A stretch of DNA of 64,000 nucleotides, taken from assembly GCA_046563655.1 (NCBI GenBank), contig CM102288.1, forward strand, positions 2,976,001-3,040,000. The letters run 5' to 3'. Under the pieces are notes generated by a model. That model worked only from the letters and a program-made list of their open reading frames with translations. It searched no databases and had not been told where the DNA came from. Positions 1 through 10,709 of the stretch are shown here, in pieces. Made by a program: the position numbers and the translations under genes. Position 1 is the first letter of the stretch. Each line of letters starts with the position of its first letter. The DNA comes from Yuukianura sp. NJ FZ-2021 (Eukaryota).

Positions 1-2264
1 ACCCTCTGTCCAAAACAGCAACGTCGCCAATCTCGAAAAGGTTTAGTATTTCTCCAGTCTTCATCATCGCTTGCAGGATTGAAGAATCGTTATTCCCGTT
101 ATCTGCTCCAAAGGGTCCTTCGCATTCAAGAATGTAGCCAGTACTTGTCACAACAGTCATAAACTTGACCAAATGACGTAGCTTTTGCAGGGAGTAGAGC
201 AGCCTTTGGTCCTTATGATCTGCAGGACGTTGTATGTAAAAGTAAGTGCCGTCCAAAATCACAATCAAAACGTCATCGTCTTGCTGGAGAAGACTTTGGA
301 ATGACTTTATGGTGTGCTGAGAAATGATTTCCTCCCTCGATTTGTGGTGATACCCAAGGAATTTCGGAACGAAGTTCTCTTCCAATGCTTTCGCTGCTGC
401 CGTGATGGTGTCGCTAACGATGGAGTTATTTAGAATTCCGAACATAAATCCGAGCAATTTCAAGCTCAAATTCAGCCTCATCTTCATCAGCAACATGGCG
501 ATTCCGTTTCGTTTTGTACGATTTTTGCTGGCCTTGAATCCATGTGCGTAAGACATGAGCTGGTCAAAGTTTTCCCTCGAAATTCCAAGCAACAGTTTGT
601 AGTCATCCGTAGACAACTCCGACGATATCTCGAAGTCTACTCGGAGCTTCTTCAATGAAATTGAGCTGGTCAAAGAATGAATCCATTTAGAAAGAGCCTC
701 AGGAGTAGTTTTGAAGTAATTCTTCATTGGCTTGATTAGTTGTAGAGCTTCTTCGTTCAGTCTGGAGTACTGTAGATGATCACCACAACATCTATTAGTC
801 GCAGGGATTACAATTCTGTTCTTCTTCCAAGCGTCTTGAATGGCAGTCACTGGTACCCTCCTCCGCCCTTTTCGGTCGCCACATATGAAACAGCAGCGCT
901 GAGTTGAACGGCATGTCAAGACGGAAGGAAGACGGACAACACCAGAAAATGAGACATTGGCTGAGACGCTACATACGGAATTCCCCACCGACATTTGTGA
1001 CAACTGAGAGTTCAACTCCAAGGAAAAATCCGATGCTTGTGATTGGTCCATTTCAGAAGAGGAAGCGTCATAAGGTTTCTCAGTATGGAAACGGGGGCTT
1101 CGAACGACACTGTTGAAGTGGTTCCCTGTTGAAACATTTCAGAAACAAAAAATCAAAACGGACTTCAAAGAAAAAAAACCAAGAAGCGTAAAGGCCATAA
1201 AAGTACGCTTACCGTTATGGTAGGATAAACGCACTTCGGTGTTGTCGTCAATCAGGTCATCTTCAAAAGCGATCTTCAAAGGCTCTACATTCAACTGATG
1301 AACGACAACAGCAAGTTTTTTCCACCGACTGAACGCCACAATCGCATCATTGCCACCCCAAGTTCCCCACGTAGACATTTTCTCCACTACAAATAGTAAG
1401 ACGTATTTGATCATCAGTATATTATAACTGCAACAGATTTTCATTGTTTCAATTCTAACCGTATTTGTCGAACGGAACTGAAGCATCCTCCAAGAAAGGT
1501 TCGAAGTCGTCTCGGTGTTCACCAATGAACTCTGCGACAGCTTTACGATATGCGATATGGTTTTCTTCTGTTCCGTCAAGTTGATGGGAGAACGCTCGGA
1601 AAAGACAGTTCCCATCGCCGATTATTTTGTGGACGGTTAGTCCGAGAGGAGCCAATTGTTGATTGAGAAGTTCTACCGAGTCCCGGGTAGGAAGCGATGG
1701 TACTTGAGCAAGGTCATCAGGGTTCAAAGGCAAGTCAGAGGGATGTTCCAGAGGAGTCCGTGGTACTTGAGCAGAGTCGTCAACGTTCAATGGCTGGCCA
1801 GAGGGAATTTCCAGAGGAGTCCGTGGTACTTGAGCAGAGTCGTCAACGTTCATTGGCTGGCCAGAGGGAATTTCCAGAGGAGTCCGTGGTACTTGAGCAG
1901 AGTCGTCAACGTTCATTGGCTGGCCAGAGGGAATTTCCAGAGGAGTCCGTGGTACTTGAGCAGAGTCGTCAACGTTCATTGGCTGGCCAGAGGGAATTTC
2001 CAGAGGAGTCCGTGGTACTTGAGCAGGGTCATCAACGGTTGTGTTCAGTCCATGAGAGGAATCCAATGGGAGCCGTGATACAGAAGCCGTGTCGTCAACA
2101 TCATTGTTCAGTTCAGTAACTTTCATCATACCCGAGGCACGCCTGAAACTTGCGAAGCATTTTGGACATAACCGGCGCAACTTCGATTCCATGTAGTAGG
2201 GTCGCTGTTTAGAAGATTGCCACCGGCTGCATCCGCACTTGCACTGGCAATTCCAGTTCACCAT
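1..2264 (-). CDS. OTU deubiquitinase-transposase fusion: Cys-rich N-terminus, 21-aa repeats, OTUD3-like domain, C2CH finger, HTH and DDE domain; 3' end off-window
   Basis: Exons 2264-1460, 1386-1213 and 1125-1, with GT-AG phase-1 introns at 1387-1459 and 1126-1212. Translation gives GDGNCLFRA..FEPFLED..FDKY|VEKMSTWGTWGGNDAIVAF..SYHN|GNHFNSVVR, then CFIC..RCCGDHL, MLLMKMRLNLSLKLLGFMFGI, FVPKFLG, VILDGTYFYIQ, YSLQKLRHLVKF, GPFGADNGNNDSSIL and GDVAVLDRG, with no stop codon. Confidence 0.85.
1697..2040 (-). repeat. Coding tandem repeat, 63-bp unit (VDDSAQVPRTPLEIPSGQPMN), about 5.5 copies
   Basis: TTGAGCAGAGTCGTCAACG recurs at 1767, 1830, 1893 and 1956; the flanking copies are degenerate. Confidence 0.97.
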
Positions 2265-3372
2265 TTTCAGGCTTAACAATGCTATAACTGAGTTAACTGA
2301 AAAACTAATCTAATGCTGAATACGCTAAATAAAATGAACAAATCTCAATTGATTTTTAAATAAATCGTATAAAAATGACCTCAATGAACTCCAAACTTCG
2401 AATTTCAAATGAAAAAATCAACTACTAACCAACAATATCATATCAATCAGAAAGCTTTTAATTTATTTTTCAATATAAATAAACTTCCTTCATCAAACGG
2501 TTGCCATGGCATCTTCTGCAGAATTTGTGAAAAAAATGCTCTAAAACCCAAAGATCTGCAAAAGTCGGGCCAGGAATTGACCATGTTGGGTACCGAGCAA
2601 CATTACAAAAATTTTGGACAACATTCTCAAGAGGGTCATTAACATCGTGTCCAAATTTGATAATGTTGCTCCATCCCCAACTTCCATTTTTTCCGGGGCC
2701 CAGAAATCGCTCAAACACGAAACTGTCCTTTGTGTGCAGAAAAATAAGACATCAACAAAAAGTTTTCGTCGTGGCAGAATTTGTCCACCGTGAAATTGTT
2801 TTGGTTCCACCATGATTGTTGTGGAGGTCAAGGGAAAGTGTCCACCATTTCATGCAGATCCAAATGTCACTCTCATCGTTTTGGTTTCGGAAGAGTGACA
2901 GTGACTGACCTCCATACGTGTCTAGCCGTTGGACGTCCGAATTGACAACCATCTATCGACCATTGTCTCTTCAAAGATTCACTTTCTCACAGTCTTTGTT
3001 TGGAACAAGCCAAGGTCACTCTATTTCTGATCTCTTGGACCCAATTTTCGAAATTTCGAAATCCTTTCAAAAAGAAAACCTTTTGAACTTTTGAAGGTGA
3101 AGTGAAAGTGTTTCAAATTTGAATAGTCTGCTGACCAATGCACAAGTGTATTGCCAACGAGCCTTTTTGCTTTTAGCACAACATCCTAGAAATGTGTCAA
3201 TTTGGCAATTATTGGCAGCAGGATTAACCACAGAGACACAAAACCAAACCGTGTGCAAAAATTAGTAGAGCATTGGCAAAATTGCTTGCAAAAATTTGGC
3301 CAAGCCTGAAACAAAAGTTTCCGTACTGTTCCTAAACATAAGCAAAAGTTTTCTTAACTTTTTGTGGTTCAA

Positions 3373-5261
3373 ATGTCAAAGGTTATTGGAATGACCTCGA
3401 CCGGAGGTCACGGTGAAAGTGACAACAAGGAGATGGGTAACTCGGCTCTTCAAATGCCCTACCCTGAAGAATTTTACAAAAGATCAAAACGAAACACACT
3501 TCCATCAAATGTCGCCATTCCAGTGGGATTGGCTCAGGTAAATTTTGAAAATTTTTTCTTTGGATTTTGAAAATATGAAAATTCAGAAGAAAAGTCTAAA
3601 ATAGACTTTCTTTTTCCTTTTCCATTTTTTTTTTTTGCTAATATGAATAACTTTTGAAATAAATTAAACTGCTTATAATAACTAATTGCAGGGAAACTGA
3701 AAACTGCAATTTGCGAAAAACTGCAAAACTGAACCGTTGCAATTAAGTAACCTTGAGCCCAATTTCCCCTTCAGCTTCAATTTCAACTTGCAATTTACAA
3801 TTCGCAAATTGCAATTTGGAATTTGCGAAAAACTTAAAACCACAAATCCAAACAGGATTAGAATCTTAATGGCTGAATTCCTTGCAGATTTTCAGAGCGT
3901 GACTATTTATGAGCCCGCATGTATGACCACAAAACTTTTGTGTCCTCAATTAGTTAACTTAACTTTAATCTTGTTCCTAACTCCAACAGTTACCTAACTA
4001 AACATATAATCTAACATACATTTTATTAATTAGGTTTTCATTGGAGTGTCCATGGTCATCTGTGGAAGTTTGGCTCTCCGTTATCGCAGTTACTTATTCT
4101 ACTATGGAACTGGGCTGTGGGCCGGCACAATTTCTGGCATCACTGGAGCCCTGATGGTGATGGCAACAAAAGAAGGGCTACCGAAACCAAGGTGGCTATG
4201 CGGTGGCAAAAAGTGGCAAATCCATGTCGTCATTGCAGCCACAATGCTGGCTCTGACAGCTTCCGTCCTTATGTCAATTTTTTCAACCTCAGGTTTAATG
4301 CAAGATACAATGCATCCTGTTGGCGTAGTAAGAAAAAGAATCTAAAAGTCTGAAATTCCTGCTTTTTGAAATTTAAAATTTTGAATTTTTGAAAATTTAG
4401 GACATAGGAACGCCCACAAGAGATGAAGAGACTTTTGAAAAACGGAAATCCTCTGGAGTCGTTATCAATGCAATTCTGCTTTTACTGGCAATGCTGGAAA
4501 TACTGCTCAGCTTTTGTTCACTGGGAATCGGACTCCGAGTGCTTTGTCGATCCACATCGGGGAGTTCCCTCTTTTCCGCCGATTCGGCGGGTAGTGAAGT
4601 GACGATCCATGACATTCTTGGATCCGGTCCAGAATATGAAGCTCGCAAAGACCGTCTTCTACGTTGGCTTGGACATCAACGCAGAAACTTCTTTATGAAT
4701 CCAACTTATACGCAGCCGCAAATTCAAATTCAAAGTCAACTTAAATCAGGCGTTCCCGTTCCCCCTGGGGCCATTTCCTCTCCGAACATTTCTTGTTCCA
4801 CCATTTCCGGAAGAACGAGAGGGCGAACCCACTTGGTGGCTCTGAAGCCACCACAACAGCTTCTCATTCCACACCTCCCCCAAGGTCATCCTCAAGGTCA
4901 CCCTATCTACTACCAACATGACACAAGGTCATACCCGTACCCTGTCATGGTTCCAGTTCCGTTGTGTCCCGCTCCAGTAAGGAGATCAGTGACGCCTATG
5001 TCGGGACAGGTCAAGAGCAAGCGCAGAAGGAAGGACCAGAGAAGCGGAAGTCATGGAAGCATGAGCAGTGGGAGCAAAGGAAGCAAGAGATCAAGTCGCT
5101 CAAATGGAACTCACAGGAGACAGTTGAGAAGCAAAGGTCAAGGTCATCCAGAGGTCAAAGTTCATAAGGAAATAACAGAAGAGGAAATTGGCAGAACTTA
5201 TACTGGATTGGATAGAATTGTGGCTGAGAATTTCATTAGTAACTCCATGGACAAATATTGA
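3373..5261 (+). CDS. CD20/MS4A-like four-pass membrane protein with a long Pro/Ser/basic C-terminal tail
   Basis: Exons 3373-3537, 4034-4327 and 4401-5261, all phase 0 with GT-AG boundaries. GLAQ|VFIGVSMVICG..YYGTGLWAGTISGITG pattern and four hydrophobic segments. Confidence 0.7.
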
Positions 5262-6080
5262 GCTCACGATGTGTTGCTCTGAAAAAAAGAAACTTAATGA
5301 GCGTAGCGTTTTGAAACAAATTGCCAAATTAATTAAGATTTTATTTCATAGTTTCTTACTTTTTGTAAAACTAGAGTTATCTAAAAATACGCGAGTTCAC
5401 AAAAAGTAAAATACGTTTTTTAATATAGTAATTTGAAAAAAAAATACTAGAAAAGTCCCTTCGATTTTTACTTTTTTAAAGAATTTTTGTATGAACCGTT
5501 TCTTTGAATTATTGCGTGAAAATTTGACAAAGGCTCAATGACCTTTGCAGATACTGATAAACAACTGAAAGTCGATGGTGAATTTTTCACAACTTAATTC
5601 ATCTGTGCAAATAGTTATAAAAAGTAAGGTTCTTGTTTGTGGTTAAACTGGAGAGGTTATTTACAACATTTTTTTTTCAAATTCGGTTCAGGTCTAGTGA
5701 AATTGAAATTATTTTCAAAAATTCCGGACATTTATTTTAGTTCATAAAAATTATAGTAATTTGTATAAAGTAAAATGACTACCAAAATGAAAAACAAAAG
5801 TTTCAAGTTTCTCATCCTAGTACAACGACGCTAAAAAGTTCAATGGTTTCACTCACTCCACTTCAACGACCTAACGTAAATGAAAAAAAAATAGTACGTG
5901 CCAGAAATTAATATCAATCAGAATAAAAATTTTGCCATAAGTCTTTGCAAAATTTAGTTGGTATTTTTAGCATTTTCTGAACTTTTTTTTGCGTTCTAAC
6001 AAAGCGTTTTTGGAAATTACTATTGTTCTAACTGTTCAAACCGTAATTTTTTTGCAATTCGGGTTTCGGGAAAAATCAAA

Positions 6081-7246
6081 ATGGTAGATATGATTAGAAA
6101 TTTCGGTAAGCAACGATTCTGCCTCGAAATCCTTCTATTCCTGCTACTCGTTTTTACTTTTTTGATTTGGCTGAATCAGCGTTCCATGGTGGTACTTTTT
6201 AGTTCGGATGAAGAAAGTGGCAGAGGTGAGAGCTTCATTTCATTTTAATAAAGTATTGGAATACAATAAATACATTTAATATATAATATTAAAACAGCCC
6301 CTCAGGACGAATTGATCAACGAATTCCTTGCGTCTAATCCACCCAGAGACGCTGGAATCATTTCGTATTTGCACGAATTTCATCTTGAACCTCCCTCAGC
6401 CAAACCATACAAATTTACACCAATTAAAGACGAACACCCATCCGAGTTCCTGTACATTTTGCGCCAATTATTTGGACAACAGGTAATTCCAAAAAATATT
6501 TCTGAATTTTCATTTTATAAGATTTCAAAATTTCAAAACTTTTTCAGACAAATGGTTTCTTCGTTGAAGCTGGAGCCAACGATGGTCAACTTTTGTCCAA
6601 CACTCTTTGGTTGGAAATGGAACAAAACTGGACTGGACTTCTGGTTGAACCGAATTCGTTTATGCTTCCTACTCTGCGATTGGTCAACCGAAAAGCTTGG
6701 ATTGCCGACGTCTGCTTGTCTACCGTTCCATATCCCGTTAAGGTAACCACCGTAACCACCATGTAGTAACCATCACATAACACTTCTATTCAATAGGTTC
6801 GGTTCACTCATAATATTCAAACACACCCCTGGAACAGCGGACAAGGTTACATTGAGAAATCAGCATTTCGTGACCTTGACAATTACGTTTTCGCGGGAGC
6901 CGTAGACTGTTTTCCACTTGCGACACTTTTGACTGCGTTGAATCAGACGGTAGTGGACTACTTTAGCCTGGATATCGAAGGAGTCGAGCTAAAAGTACTC
7001 AAGACTATTCCATTTGACAAAATTACAATTAAGGTAGTTTCAAAATTTTGAATTAGAATTTTCGAAATTACTAATCTTGTAATTCCTCCGCAGGTCATTT
7101 CGATCGAACATAATTTGATTCCAGAAGGATTCGAAGCTCTAAAGGACCTGCTTGATACTAATGGTTTCGAAATTGTTTTCAAAAGTGACGGAGACTTATT
7201 CGCAGTTCATAAAGATTATACTAAAACATACAAACTAAGTAACTAA
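6081..7246 (+). CDS. Star-like FkbM (Methyltransf_21) type II membrane protein, copy 1
   Basis: Five exons. N-terminal TM helix, then GFFVEAGANDGQLLSNTLWLE..WTGLLVEPN and CFPLATLLTALNQTVVDYFSLDIEGVELKVLKTIPFDK. Confidence 0.9.
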
Positions 7247-7573
7247 ATTAGTTGAAAGTAAAGTCTTTAATTCAACACTTTAATAAAATTAAACATTAAA
7301 ATAATGTCTTATTGTCCCAAAAATTTTTCCGGTTTAATGGGGCAAGCGGAGATTTTGGGCAAAAATGTCTTCGAATTTTGCCCGTCAGCTGGAGGCCTTG
7401 GCACTGTTAACGGTTTTTTTTTAACTTAGTACTTAAGTAAGCAGGCCCCAACAAAGAATTCTTTCGTTTCAAAACAGAAGGTCTCTTTCAACGGCATCCA
7501 CTTTCACGATTTTTTTGAAATTCTGTTCGAAATCCAGCGGTTTTCTGAAATTTGGGTTTGAGAATTCGTCAAA

Positions 7574-8829
7574 ATGGCTGACTTATTTCGAAATTTTGGC
7601 GCGCCTGGGCTGTACCGCCAAATCATTCCGATCGTTTTCCTCCTCTCCGCCATCTTGTTTTGGCTCAGTCTCCGTTTGGTTGTGTTCTCCAGCGACAAAA
7701 CAGTTCAGAGTGGTGAGAGTTACATTATACTTTACTATATTAGATAAATATTTATGTTTAAAATGTATTTATATTATATTACTGTTAAATCAGGATCGCA
7801 TAATGATGTGGTACATGTAGTTCGTGACCATTCTTACATGTACCCATATCGGAAGCAGATGACCAAGCAGTTCCTGATGCTGAATCCACCACAAGTCGGA
7901 GTAAACTTAATCATTTCCTACTTGCATAAGTTTCATCTTCAACCGCCTTCAACCAAACCATACAAAACGGAACCAACTAAAGGATCTGAGTATACCAACA
8001 TTTTGAAGCAACTGTTTGGAAATCGTGTAAGAACAAACGTTTTCGAAAATTTTGTGTCCATTTTTTGAAAATTTGACAAATTTTGAAAATTTTTGTTGTA
8101 GACGAATGGATTTTTCGTTGAAGCTGGAGCTAACGATGGCCAGTATTTGTCCAATACTCTTTGGCTCGAAATGGAACAAAACTGGACTGGACTTCTGATT
8201 GAGCCCAATTCGTTTTTAGTTCCGGCTCTGCGATTGGTCAACCGAAAAGCCTGGATTGCGGACGTCTGCTTGTCCCCAGTTCCATATCCCATCAAGGTAA
8301 CCACCGTAACCACTTTGTAGAGTAACCGTCCAATAACTTATTTTGTAACCATCTCATATTCTCATACTTTAGGTTCGTTTCACCCACAATGTTGGGAAGT
8401 ATGATTGGAACAATGGACAAGGGTTCATCGAGAAAACGGCGAAGCGAGACGCGGATTCGCGAATTTTTGCGGGCGCAGTAGACTGCTTTCCACTTGCGAC
8501 ACTTTTGGCTGCCATAAATCAAACAGAAGTGGACTACTTTAGTCTGGATATTGAAGGAGTTGAGTACAAAGTACTCGAACATTTTCCATTTGACAAAATT
8601 CTTATCAAGGTAATTCGAAATTTAAAAAAAAAAATGATGATTTTTTTCAAAATTTTGAATTCTGCGCGTTTCATCTTAGGTCATGTCGGTTGAGTACAAT
8701 TTGATTCCTGAAAAATTCCCACGTCTGAAGCGTCTCCTCACTGCAGCTGGCTATGAAATTGTTTTCCAAGATGGTCATGAGTTGTTTGCAGTTCACAAAA
8801 ATTACTCAAATGTCTACAAACTAAACTAA
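7574..8829 (+). CDS. Star-like FkbM methyltransferase-domain protein, copy 2
   Basis: Same five-exon layout. GFFVEAGANDGQYLSNTLWLE and VDYFSLDIEGVEYKVLEHFPFDK; TAA at 8827-8829. Confidence 0.9.
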
Positions 8830-9471
8830 ACTAACATAAGTAAAGTTAGTTAAACTCAAAAGTAAAAATAAAAATGTTACGCTTTAGGGAAAGCTACAGT
8901 AAAAGTTCAATGACTTTAGAAGTTCAATGCTACGCGTACTAACCACACTAAAAGGTGTTTGTACCTTCTATATATTATATGAGAAAATCACATCAATCAA
9001 AAACTTCACAAAAACAAAATTAATTTTTACACTCAAATCAGTGTCATTGTCTGCATCAGTTTTGCGTTTTCTTCAATTTTTCTGTCAGTCTCTAAAAAAA
9101 TAGCTTTCCTTGAGCTATTTCGCAGAAACCGGCTAAATTATTACACCAGAGGCGCTACGTTACCACGGCAACAGCTACTGTGTTTCTTTAAATGCGAATT
9201 TCAAACAAACAATTTTGAAAATTACAAATTCTGGAAAGCGTTTTGGAAAATTTCAAATTCTTGAAAACGTTTTACAAAAGGATTTCATGTTGTCTTGAAG
9301 TTTGTAAAGACGAAGAAGCTGTGGATTTTCTCTAGCAATTCAGAGAAAAGCGACGATTTGTCCGGAATTCGGTCCGAAAAACAGCGGGAAATCCGATTTT
9401 TGTGGAACTCGGTTTGAAAAGCAGTTGAAAACCCGAAAACCGGAGTCTTCTCAAGACTTCTGTTTTGAAAA

Positions 9472-10709
9472 ATGGTCAAGATGGTTGACATTATTCGAAG
9501 TTACGGTAAACCGCGAATCTGTTACCAAGTTCTTCTGCTCGTTCTGCTGGCAGTCATCGTCTTGATTTGGTCCGGTCTTCGCTCTGCATCCGAAGCATTC
9601 GACTCTGAACAGGAGAAGTTTGAACGTAAAAGTTCCAAATTCCAGTAAAACAAAATGTATCTTAAAAATATATAACTGTATAATAAAAATTGTTAACTTT
9701 AGAATGGAAATACGGTGTTGTTCAAACGTACAGACGTGGACACTATGGGCATCCGGAGCTGGATAAACCGTCTCATACGCTGGACCGGTCAATAGTAACT
9801 GAATCTGACCTCATTTCGTTTTTGCACGAATATCACCTTGAACCTCCCTCTACTAAACCATACAAAATCGAAACAACCGGAACATCAGAGTACATTGACC
9901 TTCTCAAAAAACTTTTCGGAGATCAAGTAAGCAATTTTTACCAAATCCATATTTTTGAAGTTTCAAATTTTGAAATCCATTTTTCAGAAATATGGCTTCT
10001 TCGTGGAAGCTGGAGCCAATGACGGCGTGTACTTGTCCAACACTCTTTGGTTGGAACGAGAACAAAAGTGGAGTGGACTTCTGATTGAACCCAATTCGTT
10101 TATGCTTCCTGCTCTGCGATTGGTCAACCGAAAAGCATGGATTGCCGACGTCTGCTTATCCATCACTCCATATCCTATGAAGGTAACCACCATAACCATG
10201 AAGGTTACTGCGTAACCTTCCAATACCTTTTAATGTAACTATCTAATGTCATCATAGGTTCGATTCACCCACAATGTTGGAAAACATGATTGGAACAATG
10301 GACAAGGGTTCATCGAGAGAACAGCTAAACGCGACGCCGATTCGCGAATTTTCGCGGGCGCAGTTGACTGCTTTCCACTTAGAACTCTTTTGGCTGCGAT
10401 TAATGAAACGGAAGTGGACTACTTTAGCCTGGACATCGAAGGAGTTGAGTTCAAAGTACTCAGGAACTTTCCATTCAACCAGTTTAAGATCAAGGTAGGT
10501 TTTCAAAATTTTGAATTTTGACATTTCAAAATTACGAATCTTGTGATTTCTTGCCTTAGGTCATGTCCATTGAACACAATTTGATTCCAGAAGGATTTGA
10601 AATGCTTAAGGAACTCCTTACTACTAATGGCTACGGAATTATTTTCAAAAACGATATAGAACTATTTGCAGTTCACAAACATTATGCCGATATTTACAAA
10701 TTAAACTAA
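9472..10709 (+). CDS. Star-like FkbM methyltransferase-domain protein, copy 3
   Basis: Same layout. YGFFVEAGANDGVYLSNTLWLE and VDYFSLDIEGVEFKVL; TAA at 10707-10709. Confidence 0.9.

Larger units (their letters stand above)
1..2728 (-). mobile_element. PHIS-superfamily (probably Spy-like) cut-and-paste DNA transposon, truncated by the left window edge
   Basis: Encodes a DDE_Tnp_4-type transposase. Candidate terminus at 2728 reads ...CTGTCC|TTT on + (AAA|GGACAG on -), matching the Spy AAA|TTT target rule. The other end is outside the window. Confidence 0.75.

Noticed and set aside
1656..2119. Two + strand 140-aa repeat ORFs; the array superficially resembles a CRISPR locus
   Set aside because: They are antisense shadows of the 63-bp coding repeat. 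Units are contiguous with no unique spacers, and the context is eukaryotic.
2409..2952. Short ORFs upstream of the transposase as a possible second (Myb/SANT or YqaJ) transposon gene
   Set aside because: No recognisable motif or coherent splice model; they look like subterminal and flanking non-coding DNA.
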